From Ignavibacteriota bacterium (lineage in GTDB: Bacteria > Bacteroidota > Ignavibacteria > UBA10030 > UBA6906), in contig CAWDEM010000008.1 in assembly GCA_963801355.1 (NCBI GenBank), forward strand, positions 224,001-288,000: a stretch of DNA of 64,000 bases, given 5' to 3'. Shown here piece after piece: positions 40,175 to 50,732 of the stretch (the first letter of the stretch is position 1; the number at the start of each line of letters is the position of its first letter). Under the pieces are notes generated by a model. The model ran no database searches and was not told the DNA's origin. It was given only the letters and a program-made list of their open reading frames with translations. Both the position numbers and the translations under genes were made by a program.

Positions 40175-40738
40175 ATGCTATCGGCCCACGAAGAGGACAA
40201 CAACCGCGAGAAGACCCCGATCTCCTCTCCTCAACCAATAGTACCCTTGAGCCCACGCTGGTACGCTCTGTATCTCCGTTCCCGCTACGAGAAACGTGCG
40301 CACCAGCTCCTTCTCGGCAAAGGTGTTGAGTCGTTTCTCCCGCTGATTGAAGAAGTACACACCTGGAGCGACAGAAAGAAAGTAGTTGAAGAGCCGTTGT
40401 TCCGCGGGTACCTGTTTGTCAGAACCGATCTCAAGGACCGGATTTCCATACTTGAGACAGACGGCGTCGTGCACTTTGTCCGCATCGGTGCCAGACTGAG
40501 TGCGATTCCCGATGAGCAGATCAACTGGGTCAGGATACTGGTCGGGCACCCGGACCGTGTCGTGCGTGAAGAGTACATGTCGGAAGGGCAGAGGGTGCGC
40601 GTCAAAGCCGGACCTATGATGGGGGTGCAGGGGTACGTGTTGAAGGTGAAGTCATCCACCCGCGTGGTCGTGTCTCTCGACGCGATAGCACGATCGGTCT
40701 CGATCGATATCGATCCTGAGTTGCTCGAGCTGCTGTAG
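40175..40738 (+). CDS. upxY: UpxY-family NusG paralog (antiterminator)
   Basis: WYALY.R.RYEK, WSDRKKVVEEPLFRGYLFV, KOW-like GQRVRVKAGP. Confidence 0.9.
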   Translation: MLSAHEEDNNREKTPISSPQPIVPLSPRWYALYLRSRYEKRAHQLLLGKGVESFLPLIEEVHTWSDRKKVVEEPLFRGYLFVRTDLKDRISILETDGVVHFVRIGARLSAIPDEQINWVRILVGHPDRVVREEYMSEGQRVRVKAGPMMGVQGYVLKVKSSTRVVVSLDAIARSVSIDIDPELLELL

Positions 40739-40752
40739 AAAGCACTGTCATT

Positions 40753-42795
40753 GTGCATGAAGGGATGAGTGGAGTGTCAGGAAAACTCTATCATATGTTG
40801 CTGTCTCCACGCAAACGCCAGGTGATGGTGGTTGATCTTTTTCTCCTCTGCCTCATCCCTTCGGTTGCCCTGGTCCTCCGGTTCAAGAGTCTGGAACCGC
40901 TCTCACAGCTCGCCGGCGACCTCATGCTCTATACGCTGCTTTCCCTCATCTGGAAGATGATGCTTTTCTACCCGATGGGTCTGTACGACCGGTACTGGCG
41001 GTTGGCCAGCGTAGAGGATTTCAGTATTCTTGCCGCTGTATCAATCGCGTCGTGGATCGCCGGCATCGCGATCACGCTTGTGATCCTCAAACCGGTCGGT
41101 CTCCTCTCCGGTCTTCCGCAAGCTGTGCCGGTGATTGACGGAGCGCTGACATTGCTTGTTATTGGAGGACTCCGGTTCGGCTTCCGTGTGATGGACCACC
41201 TGAGCAGAGTTGGCGGCGGGAGGACCCAGAAACAGAAAGTATTGATTGCAGGGGCTGGATCAGCGGGATCGATGGTGGTGAAGGAACTCCGGGTGAATGC
41301 CCGGTGGGGACTCGAACCGGTAGGTATTGTGGACAACGATCTCAAGATGATGGGAATCCGGCTCAATGGCGTTCCGGTTCTGGGGACCCTCCAGGATCTC
41401 CCCCGGCTGATCACATCGGAGATGGCGGATGAAGTCATCATCGCTCTGCCGGAGGTCTCCGGGCGCGTCATCCGGGAGATCGCAAGGATCTGTGATGACG
41501 CGCACGTGAAGAGCCGGACTATTCCCAGACTTTACGGGATCCTTGAAGGGTCAGCCGCAGTCCCGCAATTCCGTGACATCCAGATTGAAGACCTCCTGAA
41601 ACGCGGGGTGATGGTGATCGATAACGATCGGGTCAAAGCCTCTCTGCAAGGTGCCAGAGTGCTGGTGACCGGAGCGGGAGGTTCGATCGGGAGTGAACTC
41701 TGCAGGCAACTTGTGAAGTTTGAACCGTCAGAGCTGATCCTTGTGGGGCAGGGAGAGAACTCGATATTCCAGATCGCGTCCGAGCTGGATGCGATTTCCG
41801 AAGACCACCCGTCACTCCAAATTCACTCCGTTGTGGCGAATATCAGAGATCGTGAGCGAATGGATTTTGTTCTCCAGCTCCACCGTCCGCGCGTGATCTA
41901 CCACGCGGCCGCCTATAAGCATGTCGGGTTGATGGAGGCGAATGTAGCTGACGCGGTGATCAACAACGTGATGGGCACCCGGATTCTGGTCGAGTTGGCG
42001 GCGCAGCATGGGGTTGAGCAATTTGTGATGGTCTCGTCGGAAAAGGCGGCGAAACCGACTTCGGTGATGGGTGTAACAAAGAGAGTGGCGGAACTGCTGG
42101 TGCTCGATGCGGCCGGACGGACAGGGAAAGCGTTTGTCACAGTGCGGTTTGGCAATGTCCTCGGGACCCGCGGGAGCGTTGTCTCGATCTTCAAGAAACA
42201 GATCGCCGCCGGAGGTCCGGTACTCGTCACACATCCTGATGCCACCCGACATTTCATGACAATTCCCGAGGCCGTTCAGCTGGTGCTGCAGGCGTCGACG
42301 ATGGGCCGCGGCGGTGAAGTGTTTGTGTTGGATGTGGGTGAACCGACGAAAATCCTCGATCTCGCACGGGATATGATCCGGCTGAGCGGGCAGGAGGAGG
42401 GGAGGGACATCGAAATCAAGTTCACCGGTTTGAGAAAATGGGAGAAGGTGAACGAGGATCAGTTTGGTGAGGGGGAGGTGCTCCGGAAGTCGGAGCACTC
42501 GAAGATACTCGTGTGCGCTCCCGGTGAGAAACTCCCGCGAGGCAAGGAGTTGCATGACGATGTGGCACTTCTCATAACTGCGGCACAGGAGAATGCGTTG
42601 GAAAGGGTGGAGGAGGCGCTGAAGAAACTTGTGCCGGATTACACACCCGCGCTGACCGATGCGGAAGCCCTTGCGAAGCAACCGATCGAAACACCTGTCG
42701 CATCGAAGCTTGTTATCTCGATTCACCGTTCAACGATGATTGCGCCTGGGCATCGCTGCATGCCGAGGGTGCACCGGGGCTTTGAGCTAGCATGA
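40753..42795 (+). CDS. CapD/PglF-like membrane nucleoside-diphosphate sugar dehydratase
   Basis: 4 TM, GAGSAG, IEDLL.R, TGAGGSIGSEL, HAAAYKHV, VRFGNVLG, FMTIPEA; start 40753 or 40765. Confidence 0.88.
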   Translation: MHEGMSGVSGKLYHMLLSPRKRQVMVVDLFLLCLIPSVALVLRFKSLEPLSQLAGDLMLYTLLSLIWKMMLFYPMGLYDRYWRLASVEDFSILAAVSIASWIAGIAITLVILKPVGLLSGLPQAVPVIDGALTLLVIGGLRFGFRVMDHLSRVGGGRTQKQKVLIAGAGSAGSMVVKELRVNARWGLEPVGIVDNDLKMMGIRLNGVPVLGTLQDLPRLITSEMADEVIIALPEVSGRVIREIARICDDAHVKSRTIPRLYGILEGSAAVPQFRDIQIEDLLKRGVMVIDNDRVKASLQGARVLVTGAGGSIGSELCRQLVKFEPSELILVGQGENSIFQIASELDAISEDHPSLQIHSVVANIRDRERMDFVLQLHRPRVIYHAAAYKHVGLMEANVADAVINNVMGTRILVELAAQHGVEQFVMVSSEKAAKPTSVMGVTKRVAELLVLDAAGRTGKAFVTVRFGNVLGTRGSVVSIFKKQIAAGGPVLVTHPDATRHFMTIPEAVQLVLQASTMGRGGEVFVLDVGEPTKILDLARDMIRLSGQEEGRDIEIKFTGLRKWEKVNEDQFGEGEVLRKSEHSKILVCAPGEKLPRGKELHDDVALLITAAQENALERVEEALKKLVPDYTPALTDAEALAKQPIETPVASKLVISIHRSTMIAPGHRCMPRVHRGFELA

Positions 42796-44501
42796 AGACC
42801 TTTGCGACACCACTCGTGTGTGCATCTCTCCTCCTGTGCGCCACCGCCGCGTACGCACAACAGGAAAACGTCCCGGTGTCAAACCCGGTGTACAATTTCC
42901 TGAAAAGGATGGAAGTGAAGGGAGTAATCGAACGCTACCACGATGTGGTTCTGCCGCTCTCCCGCGCTGAGGTGGCGAGGTTTCTCGTGGCGGTCGAAGA
43001 AAAGAACGACCGCCTCTCCGATGCCGAACGAGCGTGGCTCAGTGACTTTTTTGCCGAGTTCCGTTTTGAGATCGACGGGACGACAGGGAATTTTCACAGG
43101 CTGATCGCATCGGAGGAGAGTACTTTCGGTGCAGCCGCAGGAGAGATATTCTGCAGCCGCGAAAAGTATCTCTATTTTCATACTGATTCTACGATTTCGA
43201 TATTCGCCAACGTGTTGTTGGATGTCGACGCACGGTTGATCAGCGGGGATGCTCTCGGCTCGGAACACACGGAGTACCTGCAGGTGGGGGGGAGGGCGAG
43301 GGGCAGCATCTATGGCCACCTGGGATACTACGTTCAATGGACGAACGCGCAGTTCTGGGGAAGCAGAGAACTGCTTTACCGGGATCCCGTCATCTCACAG
43401 AGTCACGCTCTGCAGGTGGGGAACGCACAGAACTTCGATATCGCGGAGAGCTATCTTCGATACGGCACCGACGTGGTCTCTCTCCAGGTAGGTCGGGAAC
43501 GTCTCCTTTGGGGGACCGGTTACGATCAGAAGATGACATTGTCGGACAACGTCCGTCCGTATGACTTTGTCCGGTTCGATGCGAAGTTCAAGTCGCTCAA
43601 GTACACATTTCTCCATGCATGGCTGGTCGGAACGCGCGGACAGGTCGTCTTCACCGTTCCGTCGGATACCTCCGCCCGCTTCACCGAAGACGTCGCGGCT
43701 GACAAGTACTTCGTCGCGCACAGGCTGGAATTTTCGCTCCCCGGACTTTTTGACTTCGGTTTCCAGGAGATGCTCATCTACAGCAACCGCTCTCCGGACC
43801 TGGCGTATCTGAATCCCCTGACGATCATCGAATCATCACAACGTTCACGGGGCGAACGGGATAACGCCTACTGGGCATTCGACGTCCAGCTCCACTTCAT
43901 TCCGCAAATCGAGGTCAGCGCAAGCATCACCTTCGACGACATCAACCTGCCGATCATCTTTTCCGACAAATGGAATGCGATGTATGCCTGGCAGGCGGGT
44001 ATGTTCTATGCAGACATGTTCGGAATCGCAAATACCAGTCTCATGCTGGAGTACACGCGGATCGAGCCGTATATCTACTCACATGCCAGGTCGCGCGAGG
44101 ACAATTACACGAGTCTGGACCGCAACCTCGGCCCGCGGATCGGGCCGAACGCCGATTCCTGGTTCATCCGGATCGATTACCTCCCTTCGCAGAATTTGAC
44201 GTTTTCTTTGCGGACCAGTTTCGACCGCAAGGGAGAGAACATACGCGATGCCGGCGGGCAGGTCATCAAGAATGTGGGTTCGGACGTCTTTCTGCCGCAC
44301 CGGGGGGGCGATCCGGAGACCAAGGTCTGGCTGGACGGGATTCTGTACAAGTCGCGCACCGTGGATTTCCGGGTTACATGGGAGATCGTACACCAGATCT
44401 GGCTGGAAGGGCGGGGCCTATTCGAGTCTGTGGAGAATGCTGCCGTGGGGAGCCTGGACAAGAACGCCACGGCGGTCTTTCATGTACGTGCGGAATTCTA
44501 A
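42792..44501 (+). CDS. Wzi-like capsule assembly outer-membrane protein
   Basis: Signal peptide, VYNFLKRM..LPLSR, GRERLLWG, HRLEF, YLNP, EYTRI.PY.YSH, terminal F. Confidence 0.7.
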   Translation: MKTFATPLVCASLLLCATAAYAQQENVPVSNPVYNFLKRMEVKGVIERYHDVVLPLSRAEVARFLVAVEEKNDRLSDAERAWLSDFFAEFRFEIDGTTGNFHRLIASEESTFGAAAGEIFCSREKYLYFHTDSTISIFANVLLDVDARLISGDALGSEHTEYLQVGGRARGSIYGHLGYYVQWTNAQFWGSRELLYRDPVISQSHALQVGNAQNFDIAESYLRYGTDVVSLQVGRERLLWGTGYDQKMTLSDNVRPYDFVRFDAKFKSLKYTFLHAWLVGTRGQVVFTVPSDTSARFTEDVAADKYFVAHRLEFSLPGLFDFGFQEMLIYSNRSPDLAYLNPLTIIESSQRSRGERDNAYWAFDVQLHFIPQIEVSASITFDDINLPIIFSDKWNAMYAWQAGMFYADMFGIANTSLMLEYTRIEPYIYSHARSREDNYTSLDRNLGPRIGPNADSWFIRIDYLPSQNLTFSLRTSFDRKGENIRDAGGQVIKNVGSDVFLPHRGGDPETKVWLDGILYKSRTVDFRVTWEIVHQIWLEGRGLFESVENAAVGSLDKNATAVFHVRAEF

Positions 44502-44553
44502 CGAAAAGGTTGACTTTTTCGATTCTTTTTCCGACTTTGAGCTCGCTAGTCAA

Positions 44554-44639
44554 GCGGAAGTGGCGAAATTGGCAGACGCACCATCTTGAGGGGGTGGCGC
44601 CCACAAGGCATGCGGGTTCAAGTCCCGCCTTCCGCACCA
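44554..44639 (+). tRNA. tRNA-Leu(GAG)
   Basis: GCGGAAG/CTTCCGC acceptor, CCATC-TTGAGGG-GGTGG anticodon arm, long variable arm, GGTTCAAGTCC, encoded CCA. Confidence 0.96.
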
Positions 44640-44691
44640 CCCGGAAGAAGAAGCGCGGGATCTCTCTCTCATCCACTGGGGATGGAAAATC

Positions 44692-45093
44692 ATGAGTAGA
44701 GCATTCATGGCTGTGCTGTTCATTGCCATTATGGCTGCCTGTGCGTACGCCGGTGGTATCAAAGACGGTTCGCTGTCGGCATACAGCAACGGCTCCGCCA
44801 TCGTCGTGCGATGGGTCAGTGATGATGAGCGCGATGTGCGCGGCTACATGGTGGAGCGCCGGACCGGCGTGGAGGGTCCCTTCATTCAACTCACCGATCC
44901 GTTCCTATCTCCACAGGGCAACGGCGCGAGTTACGAATTCATCGACAACTCCGTGTTTCGCACCAACGACAATCTGTATCAGTACCGTGTCACCTGCGTG
45001 GGCACTACGACCGCTCCATACTACGTCCTCGCGCGCTACAACTCCACCGGCGTGCGGCGTACATGGGGAAGCATAAAAGCGATGTTCCGGTAA
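44692..45093 (+). CDS. Small secreted Ig/FN3-like protein with a C-terminal TWGSIKAMFR tail
   Basis: Signal peptide; VRW...GYMVERR...YEFID...YQYRV beta-sandwich pattern; followed by a terminator. Confidence 0.75.
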   Translation: MSRAFMAVLFIAIMAACAYAGGIKDGSLSAYSNGSAIVVRWVSDDERDVRGYMVERRTGVEGPFIQLTDPFLSPQGNGASYEFIDNSVFRTNDNLYQYRVTCVGTTTAPYYVLARYNSTGVRRTWGSIKAMFR

Positions 45094-45120
45094 GTCTCAT
45101 CACACAACGACGATCGTTCA

Positions 45121-45154
45121 ACGGAAGACTCACAGGGTGAGTCTTCTGTCGTTT
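45121..45154 (+). terminator. Rho-independent terminator
   Basis: acggaagactcac-agg-gtgagtcttctgt followed by cgttt. Confidence 0.7.
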
Positions 45155-45179
45155 AGAGGAAACCCTTCACAAGGTCTGC

Positions 45180-45779
45180 ATGCAACTTTCCCATCCGTTG
45201 ATACTCGCATCCCGCTCGCCGCGGCGGAGCGCACTCCTGCAACAAATCGGATTGAGTCCCAGTGTCGCGCCATGCGATGTCCCTGAGGTTATGGATCCGT
45301 TGCTTTCTCCCGCACAGAATGCGGAATCACTCGCCGTCCAGAAAGCGCGATGCGGCGCCAAGGACGTGAGGGATGGGATCGTGCTCGGTGCCGACACGAT
45401 CGTCGTGATCAATGGGGAGACGCTCGGGAAACCATCGGATGAAGCCGATGCCGTGCGCATGTTGCTCTTGCTCAGCGGCCGGACACATATGGTGCACACC
45501 GGGTTTGCGTTGCTGGAGTGTCCGTCGGGGCGGGTTGTGAGCGGCGTTGAGTCGACGCGGGTGACATTCCGGACGTTGCCGATGGAGGAGATCACGGAAT
45601 ACGTCCGGAGCGGCTCACCCATGGATAAAGCCGGAGCGTATGGGATCCAGGATGATTACGGCGCAGTGTTCGTTACGCGCATCGAAGGGTGTTACTACAC
45701 GGTGGTGGGTTTGCCTCTTGCGAGGGTGTACCAGGCGCTGCGGGCATTCGCAGCGACAACAGAAGAAATAGGAAAATAA
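45180..45779 (+). CDS. maf: Maf/YhdE nucleoside triphosphate pyrophosphatase
   Basis: LILASRSPRR, GADTIV, LGKP, DKAGAYGIQ, VVGLP. Confidence 0.93.
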   Translation: MQLSHPLILASRSPRRSALLQQIGLSPSVAPCDVPEVMDPLLSPAQNAESLAVQKARCGAKDVRDGIVLGADTIVVINGETLGKPSDEADAVRMLLLLSGRTHMVHTGFALLECPSGRVVSGVESTRVTFRTLPMEEITEYVRSGSPMDKAGAYGIQDDYGAVFVTRIEGCYYTVVGLPLARVYQALRAFAATTEEIGK

Positions 45780-45992
45780 TCACCCGGCAACAACTGCCTT
45801 CATCACCCCTACAGCCTGCAGTCCCTTCTGACCTTGCTCCACTTCAAACTCAACATGTTCCCCCTGCTTCAAGGTCTTGTATCCTTCGCCCACAATAGAC
45901 TTAAAGTGGACGAAAAGGTCCTCCCCGTTCTCACGCGTGATGAATCCGTACCCCTTTGCGTTGTTGAACCACTTGACAGTGCCTGTTTCCAT
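45780..45992 (-). CDS. Cold-shock protein
   Basis: [29 protein letters not shown]. Confidence 0.95.
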   Translation of the reverse strand: METGTVKWFNNAKGYGFITRENGEDLFVHFKSIVGEGYKTLKQGEHVEFEVEQGQKGLQAVGVMKAVVAG

Positions 45993-46059
45993 GGAGCCAC
46001 CCCCGAATGTGATTCCGTGTGGATGGTAAGGAACCGCACTGATAAACGCAAGTGGAAGT

Positions 46060-48405
46060 CTACTCGTCGAGCCAGATGCCGAATCTGCCGGGAGTTTCCT
46101 CGACTTCATCAGGCTGGCCCGGGGCGGACGTGGTGATGATCTCCACCCCTTCGGAGGAGAACGGGAAGAGGTCATCCGGGGCGAAAATACGGACGAAATC
46201 CTGTGGCCGGAAGAAATCCTTGAATTTCTGGGCAAATTCATCGAGACGCTTCACGTAGTAGGCAACATTCTCGTCCGGAAAGTGAGGGTCCCAGTCTTCG
46301 GCCGGCTTGCAGTTCTCAAAGCCTTTGACATTCGGGTCCGTGCCGGTAATGTAGTAGACCACCCGTTCGCCCGCCCGCACGCGCCGTTCGGATTGCCGTG
46401 CGACCTCGTAGGCCGCACTTCTGTTGCGCTTGCCGGTCAGGACCTCGCGATCGTAGGTCTCCAGTGAATCCTTCAGTGTCTCCACGCGCGCGAATTCGCT
46501 GACGCTCATCTCGTGTCCTTGAAGGGCATTCACGGTGTTCATGTAGACGCGATGGAGTCCGTCGATGTCATTATTGAGAATTCTTTCAACTGCTTGCCGG
46601 ACAAATGCCCGCCCGAACCGTTCGATGCTGCGGGATATCAGGGATGATCCTTTCATGGTGAGACGGTCGTCGTAGCCAAGCAGGGCATAGTTCTTCTTTT
46701 TGTAGCTCAGCATGCGGCGGTAGCGCCCGTCGAGTTCCAGGGCGATCCGGGGTGGGAGGGTGAGCGCGATGGTCCGCACGAAGCCCCGCTCCGCATCTTC
46801 ACCGATGCAGTCAGGGGGTGGCACGAAGAACACCCCGTCCGTGTCCACCTCGACCACGATGCCGTAATGTTCGCGAATTGCGGCGATGATTTTCCGCAGG
46901 ATCTCCTGCCCGGCTTGCGTCACAGCGTCGGCCTGCGCGTAGTCGTTAAACAGCGCCCGGCTATACCCGAGATATCCGTAGAAGGAGTTAATCAGGATCT
47001 TCAGTGACGATTGCTCTGCGTCGAGGCGTGAGCGTTCGATGGGGTCAGTCGCGGTGCGTGCCTTCTGCTTGATATCGAGGCGCTGTGATGTGAGTTCTTC
47101 CAGCATTGCGGTGAAGATTCCCAGGGTGTCTTTTGCCGGACCGATGCCGTTGCCGATCATGAGGGAAGGATACAGCGAGGCGACGTCGGCATGGACGACC
47201 GGTGCAACCACGCCGGTCACGTACATATCGGTATAGCCGCCGGTGGTCTGGATCCCCTGCGAAGGGCGGGGGAGAGAGTGTTTCTGGCGCAGATATTCCC
47301 GTGCCATGAGCTGTTCGATCTTCGCTGCCGAGCCCATGCGTGTGACTGTCCCGTACGGAGAAGGGAGCAGCTGCGTGAGGTAGAAAGAGGTGGGCGAGAG
47401 ATGCCTGCTGATGAGTCCGGTTTCGGTTACGTCGTCCAGAGCGTACCTGACGAGTGTCTCAGGATCTTCGTCCCATGTGGATGAAATGCGATCGCCGTTG
47501 ACATAGACGCGGTCGGGAGATGCGAATCCGAAATACCGGGCCACGTATTTCAGCCCGTAGCTCTCCATGTTGCGTTTTGACTGATCGTAGCTCTGGACGA
47601 GGTGGAGGGTGTCCACCACATGACGCCCGGCGATAGCAGGCTCGCCGGGATATTCGCCGGTGCCGCTGCGTGCTTCCGCCGTTTTTGCCGCGCTGCCGTC
47701 CCTCCCGATGGTCAGCTCGACATCGTGGCGCGCACATCGCGTGAGGATGTACGGAAGGTCAAAAGCAATGATGTTGTGCCCCTCGATCACATCAGGGTCC
47801 CGCTCGTTGATCACCCGCACGAGGTCACGGAGCATCCGGCGCTCGTCGTGTTTTCGTCCGTCGATGACAGTGTGCCACCCGCGATTGTCGGTGAGTGCGA
47901 TGAGGATAATCCGGTCTCCGGGCCTCGTGGCTTTGCTGAAGCGGTACGGGCCGTCGGTATAGGTCTCAATATCCAGCTGCAGGCGATGCAGGTCGTCGAA
48001 CGACATCCCCTTGAACAGCGTCCGGCCCGTTTGCAGGAGAAATTGCGTGACAGGGTCGGGGACAAGATGGAGGGCGTCGAGTTGTGTGTATGATTCGATG
48101 CGGGTGGTGGTCAGCGCGTTGAAGCGGTCGAGCATGTGACGCACTGCATCCCAGAGTACCGGCCAGGCAGGGAAGACACAGATGTGAGAAAACGCCAGAG
48201 AACCTTCGGCCTTTTTCAGCCAGAATTTCTGGGTGAACCCGTCCAGGAGAAATGGGTCAGAGAGGTAGAAAAACGGAAAGAATTCTTCGTCGCGCGTAGT
48301 GACAGACTTCGCGCCGCGGATGTAGAGGCGCATGGACGCGTCGCCGGATGGGTGGACGGCGAGAATTCGTTCTTCGGCATTATGCCCGCGCAGGAGCGGC
48401 GTCAT
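46060..48405 (-). CDS. polB: Family B DNA polymerase with a 3'-5' exonuclease domain
   Basis: ExoI LDIET, ExoII HN...FDLPY, ExoIII YALDD; [21 protein letters not shown]. Confidence 0.9.
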   Translation of the reverse strand: MTPLLRGHNAEERILAVHPSGDASMRLYIRGAKSVTTRDEEFFPFFYLSDPFLLDGFTQKFWLKKAEGSLAFSHICVFPAWPVLWDAVRHMLDRFNALTTTRIESYTQLDALHLVPDPVTQFLLQTGRTLFKGMSFDDLHRLQLDIETYTDGPYRFSKATRPGDRIILIALTDNRGWHTVIDGRKHDERRMLRDLVRVINERDPDVIEGHNIIAFDLPYILTRCARHDVELTIGRDGSAAKTAEARSGTGEYPGEPAIAGRHVVDTLHLVQSYDQSKRNMESYGLKYVARYFGFASPDRVYVNGDRISSTWDEDPETLVRYALDDVTETGLISRHLSPTSFYLTQLLPSPYGTVTRMGSAAKIEQLMAREYLRQKHSLPRPSQGIQTTGGYTDMYVTGVVAPVVHADVASLYPSLMIGNGIGPAKDTLGIFTAMLEELTSQRLDIKQKARTATDPIERSRLDAEQSSLKILINSFYGYLGYSRALFNDYAQADAVTQAGQEILRKIIAAIREHYGIVVEVDTDGVFFVPPPDCIGEDAERGFVRTIALTLPPRIALELDGRYRRMLSYKKKNYALLGYDDRLTMKGSSLISRSIERFGRAFVRQAVERILNNDIDGLHRVYMNTVNALQGHEMSVSEFARVETLKDSLETYDREVLTGKRNRSAAYEVARQSERRVRAGERVVYYITGTDPNVKGFENCKPAEDWDPHFPDENVAYYVKRLDEFAQKFKDFFRPQDFVRIFAPDDLFPFSSEGVEIITTSAPGQPDEVEETPGRFGIWLDE

Positions 48406-48435
48406 CCTCCGTCCCTGTGATGTTCCGGGATGTCC

Positions 48436-49218
48436 TTATCCGTTGCCCGAAGCCTTGTTCTTCTCCTTGAATGCTTGAATGAAGGGGGCGATCAGGTCGA
48501 TGGGAATCGGGAAAATTGTCGTCGAATTCTTCTCCGAAGCGACCTCGGTCAGCGTCTGGAGATAGCGCAGCTGGAGGGCCATGGGATGGTGTTCGATAAT
48601 GACGGCAGCGTCGGCGAGTTTCTGGGATGCCTGGAATTCGCCTTCCGCGTGTATTACCTTTGCCCGCCGTTCGCGTTCCGCCTCCGCCTGACGCGCCATG
48701 GCCCGTTGCATCTCGATCGGGAGGTCGATCTGCTTCACTTCCACCGTGGATATCTTGATGCCCCAGGGTTCGGTATGGAAATCGATGATTTTCTGGAGTT
48801 CGGAGTTGATTTTGTCCCGTTCGGCGAGGAGCTCATCCAGAGATGACTGACCCAGGATGCTGCGCAGGGTGGTTTGCGAGAGCTGCGAGGTGGCGAAGAG
48901 GTAGTTCTCCACCTCGACGATAGCCTTGTCGGGCTGTACGACGCGGAAGTAGACCACCGCGTTGACTTTGATGGAGACGTTATCCTTGGTGATGACATCC
49001 TGGGGGGGAATATCGAGCACCACGGTGCGGAGGCTGACCTTGACCATTTTGTCGACGAGCGGGATCAGGAAAATGATTCCCGGGCCCTTCATGGCGATCA
49101 GCCGGCCGAGCCGGAAGATGACACCGCGCTCGTATTCACGCAGGATGCGCACGGCATTCGATATGATGATGACAGCAAAGATGATGATGACGAACAGGAC
49201 GATGCTGAAGGATTCCAT
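48436..49218 (-). CDS. Stomatin-like SPFH (slipin) protein
   Basis: [42 protein letters not shown]. Confidence 0.93.
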   Translation of the reverse strand: MESFSIVLFVIIIFAVIIISNAVRILREYERGVIFRLGRLIAMKGPGIIFLIPLVDKMVKVSLRTVVLDIPPQDVITKDNVSIKVNAVVYFRVVQPDKAIVEVENYLFATSQLSQTTLRSILGQSSLDELLAERDKINSELQKIIDFHTEPWGIKISTVEVKQIDLPIEMQRAMARQAEAERERRAKVIHAEGEFQASQKLADAAVIIEHHPMALQLRYLQTLTEVASEKNSTTIFPIPIDLIAPFIQAFKEKNKASGNG

Positions 49219-49239
49219 TGCAGTATTCCTTTCTGAAGC

Positions 49240-50523
49240 CTAGTGTGAACGCAATCGCACGGTAAGTTGCAGGCCTTCCGCCCGCAACACCTCGATCGGG
49301 GAGCCCGCAGGGATCGTCGTGCCGGAGGTCGTGGCGTTCCAAATTTCTCCGTGTATCCGCACCTGCCCGGTTGGCGAAAGATCCTGTATGGCCGTCCCGG
49401 TTTCGCCTAAAATTCCTTCAACGCCGGTCACGGGTTTGCGCCGTTGTGCGCGGATACCCATGCCGATGGCAAAGACGAAAAACAACACCGTGAAGATCAC
49501 TGAAGGGATGATAACGCTCCAGGAGATGCTGGCGAATTCAAGTGCTGAATCGGAATTGATAAGCATAATGGACCCTAGCAACAGAGAAATGGCTCCGCCC
49601 ACTGTGAGAAGGCCATAGCTGGTGATTTTGATCTCAAGGATGAACAGCACGATACCGACGATAATGAGTGCCAGGCCGGCATAGTTCACGGGGAGTGTAT
49701 GCAGGGAGTAGAATGCGAGGATCAGGGAGATCGCGCCTACGACGCCGGGAAGGACAGAACCGGGGTTATAGAGTTCAAACAGGAGTCCGTACACACCGAG
49801 CAGGAAGAAGATATAGGCGATGTTGGGGTCGCTGAGGAGATCCAGAAGCTTGTGCTTCCAACCCATCTCGATTTCAACGATTTCTGCGTCGGCGGTATGC
49901 AACGTGCGCGTTTCTTCACCGATGGTCACGGTCTTGCCGTCGATGTCGTTGAGAAGCGTTTGCACATTCGGAGCGATCAGATCGATCACGGAGTCCTTCA
50001 ATGCTTCCGTTTCGGTAATAGAGATACTTTTCCGCACTGCTTCTTCGGCCCAGCGGACGTTGCGGTGGCGTTTTTCACTGATGCTCCGGATGAACGCGGC
50101 GGCATCGTTGGTCGCCTTCTCATTCATGATCGAGTCTTTTTCGCCCCCCTGCATGCCCACCGGGTGTGCGGCGCCAATGTTGGTGCCGGGTGACATTGCC
50201 GCGATGTGGGCTGCGAGAGCGATGAACGTGCCGGCGGATGCCGCCTGAGCGCCGGAGGGGGCAACGTAGACCACCACCGGGATCGGGGCGGTCAGGAGAT
50301 CGCTGACGATGATCCGTGTCGATTTGAGCAATCCTCCCGGGGTGTTGAGCCTGACCACCAGGCACCCTGCTCCGTCCTCCACCGCTTGATCGATGCTCCG
50401 GTGTATGAAATCCGCAGTGGCCGGGTTGATAGTGGCATCGAGGGTGATGACGTGCACGGGTTGCGCATGTGCAATGAAGGAGGCGAAGAGAACCGTGATA
50501 TAGAGGGAGAAGGCAGGTCGCAT
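49240..50523 (-). CDS. nfeD: NfeD long form (membrane-bound ClpP-class serine protease)
   Basis: LNTPGGL, AASAG, IGAAHPV, TM bundle, C-terminal OB domain GEIWNA; paired with SPFH. Confidence 0.92.
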   Translation of the reverse strand: MRPAFSLYITVLFASFIAHAQPVHVITLDATINPATADFIHRSIDQAVEDGAGCLVVRLNTPGGLLKSTRIIVSDLLTAPIPVVVYVAPSGAQAASAGTFIALAAHIAAMSPGTNIGAAHPVGMQGGEKDSIMNEKATNDAAAFIRSISEKRHRNVRWAEEAVRKSISITETEALKDSVIDLIAPNVQTLLNDIDGKTVTIGEETRTLHTADAEIVEIEMGWKHKLLDLLSDPNIAYIFFLLGVYGLLFELYNPGSVLPGVVGAISLILAFYSLHTLPVNYAGLALIIVGIVLFILEIKITSYGLLTVGGAISLLLGSIMLINSDSALEFASISWSVIIPSVIFTVLFFVFAIGMGIRAQRRKPVTGVEGILGETGTAIQDLSPTGQVRIHGEIWNATTSGTTIPAGSPIEVLRAEGLQLTVRLRSH

Positions 50524-50723
50524 GGCGTCAAGGATCCTCAAGGTAACCCTGCTATTCCGGAGAAAATGGTCACGCTTTGGACACGGTATACTGAGGCTGT
50601 CATGTCTAAAGTACCTCTCCCTATGGTCAGAGTCAAGGCGTCGTTTCAGAGAAGCCTTCGCTCCTCATTCCGGGGATTAACTACTTTTTCATCCTTTCGG
50701 TTGATTCCTTCGTGCGTTCTGTC

Positions 50724-50732
50724 TGGTATACT
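50724..50732 (+). promoter_or_regulatory. Extended -10 promoter upstream of kaiC
   Basis: TG-G-TATACT about 155 nt upstream of the kaiC ATG. Confidence 0.45.

Noticed and set aside
46060-48405. PolB as a marker of a prophage, pipolin or casposon
   Set aside because: No integrase, cas1, terminal repeats or phage genes nearby; neighbours are housekeeping genes
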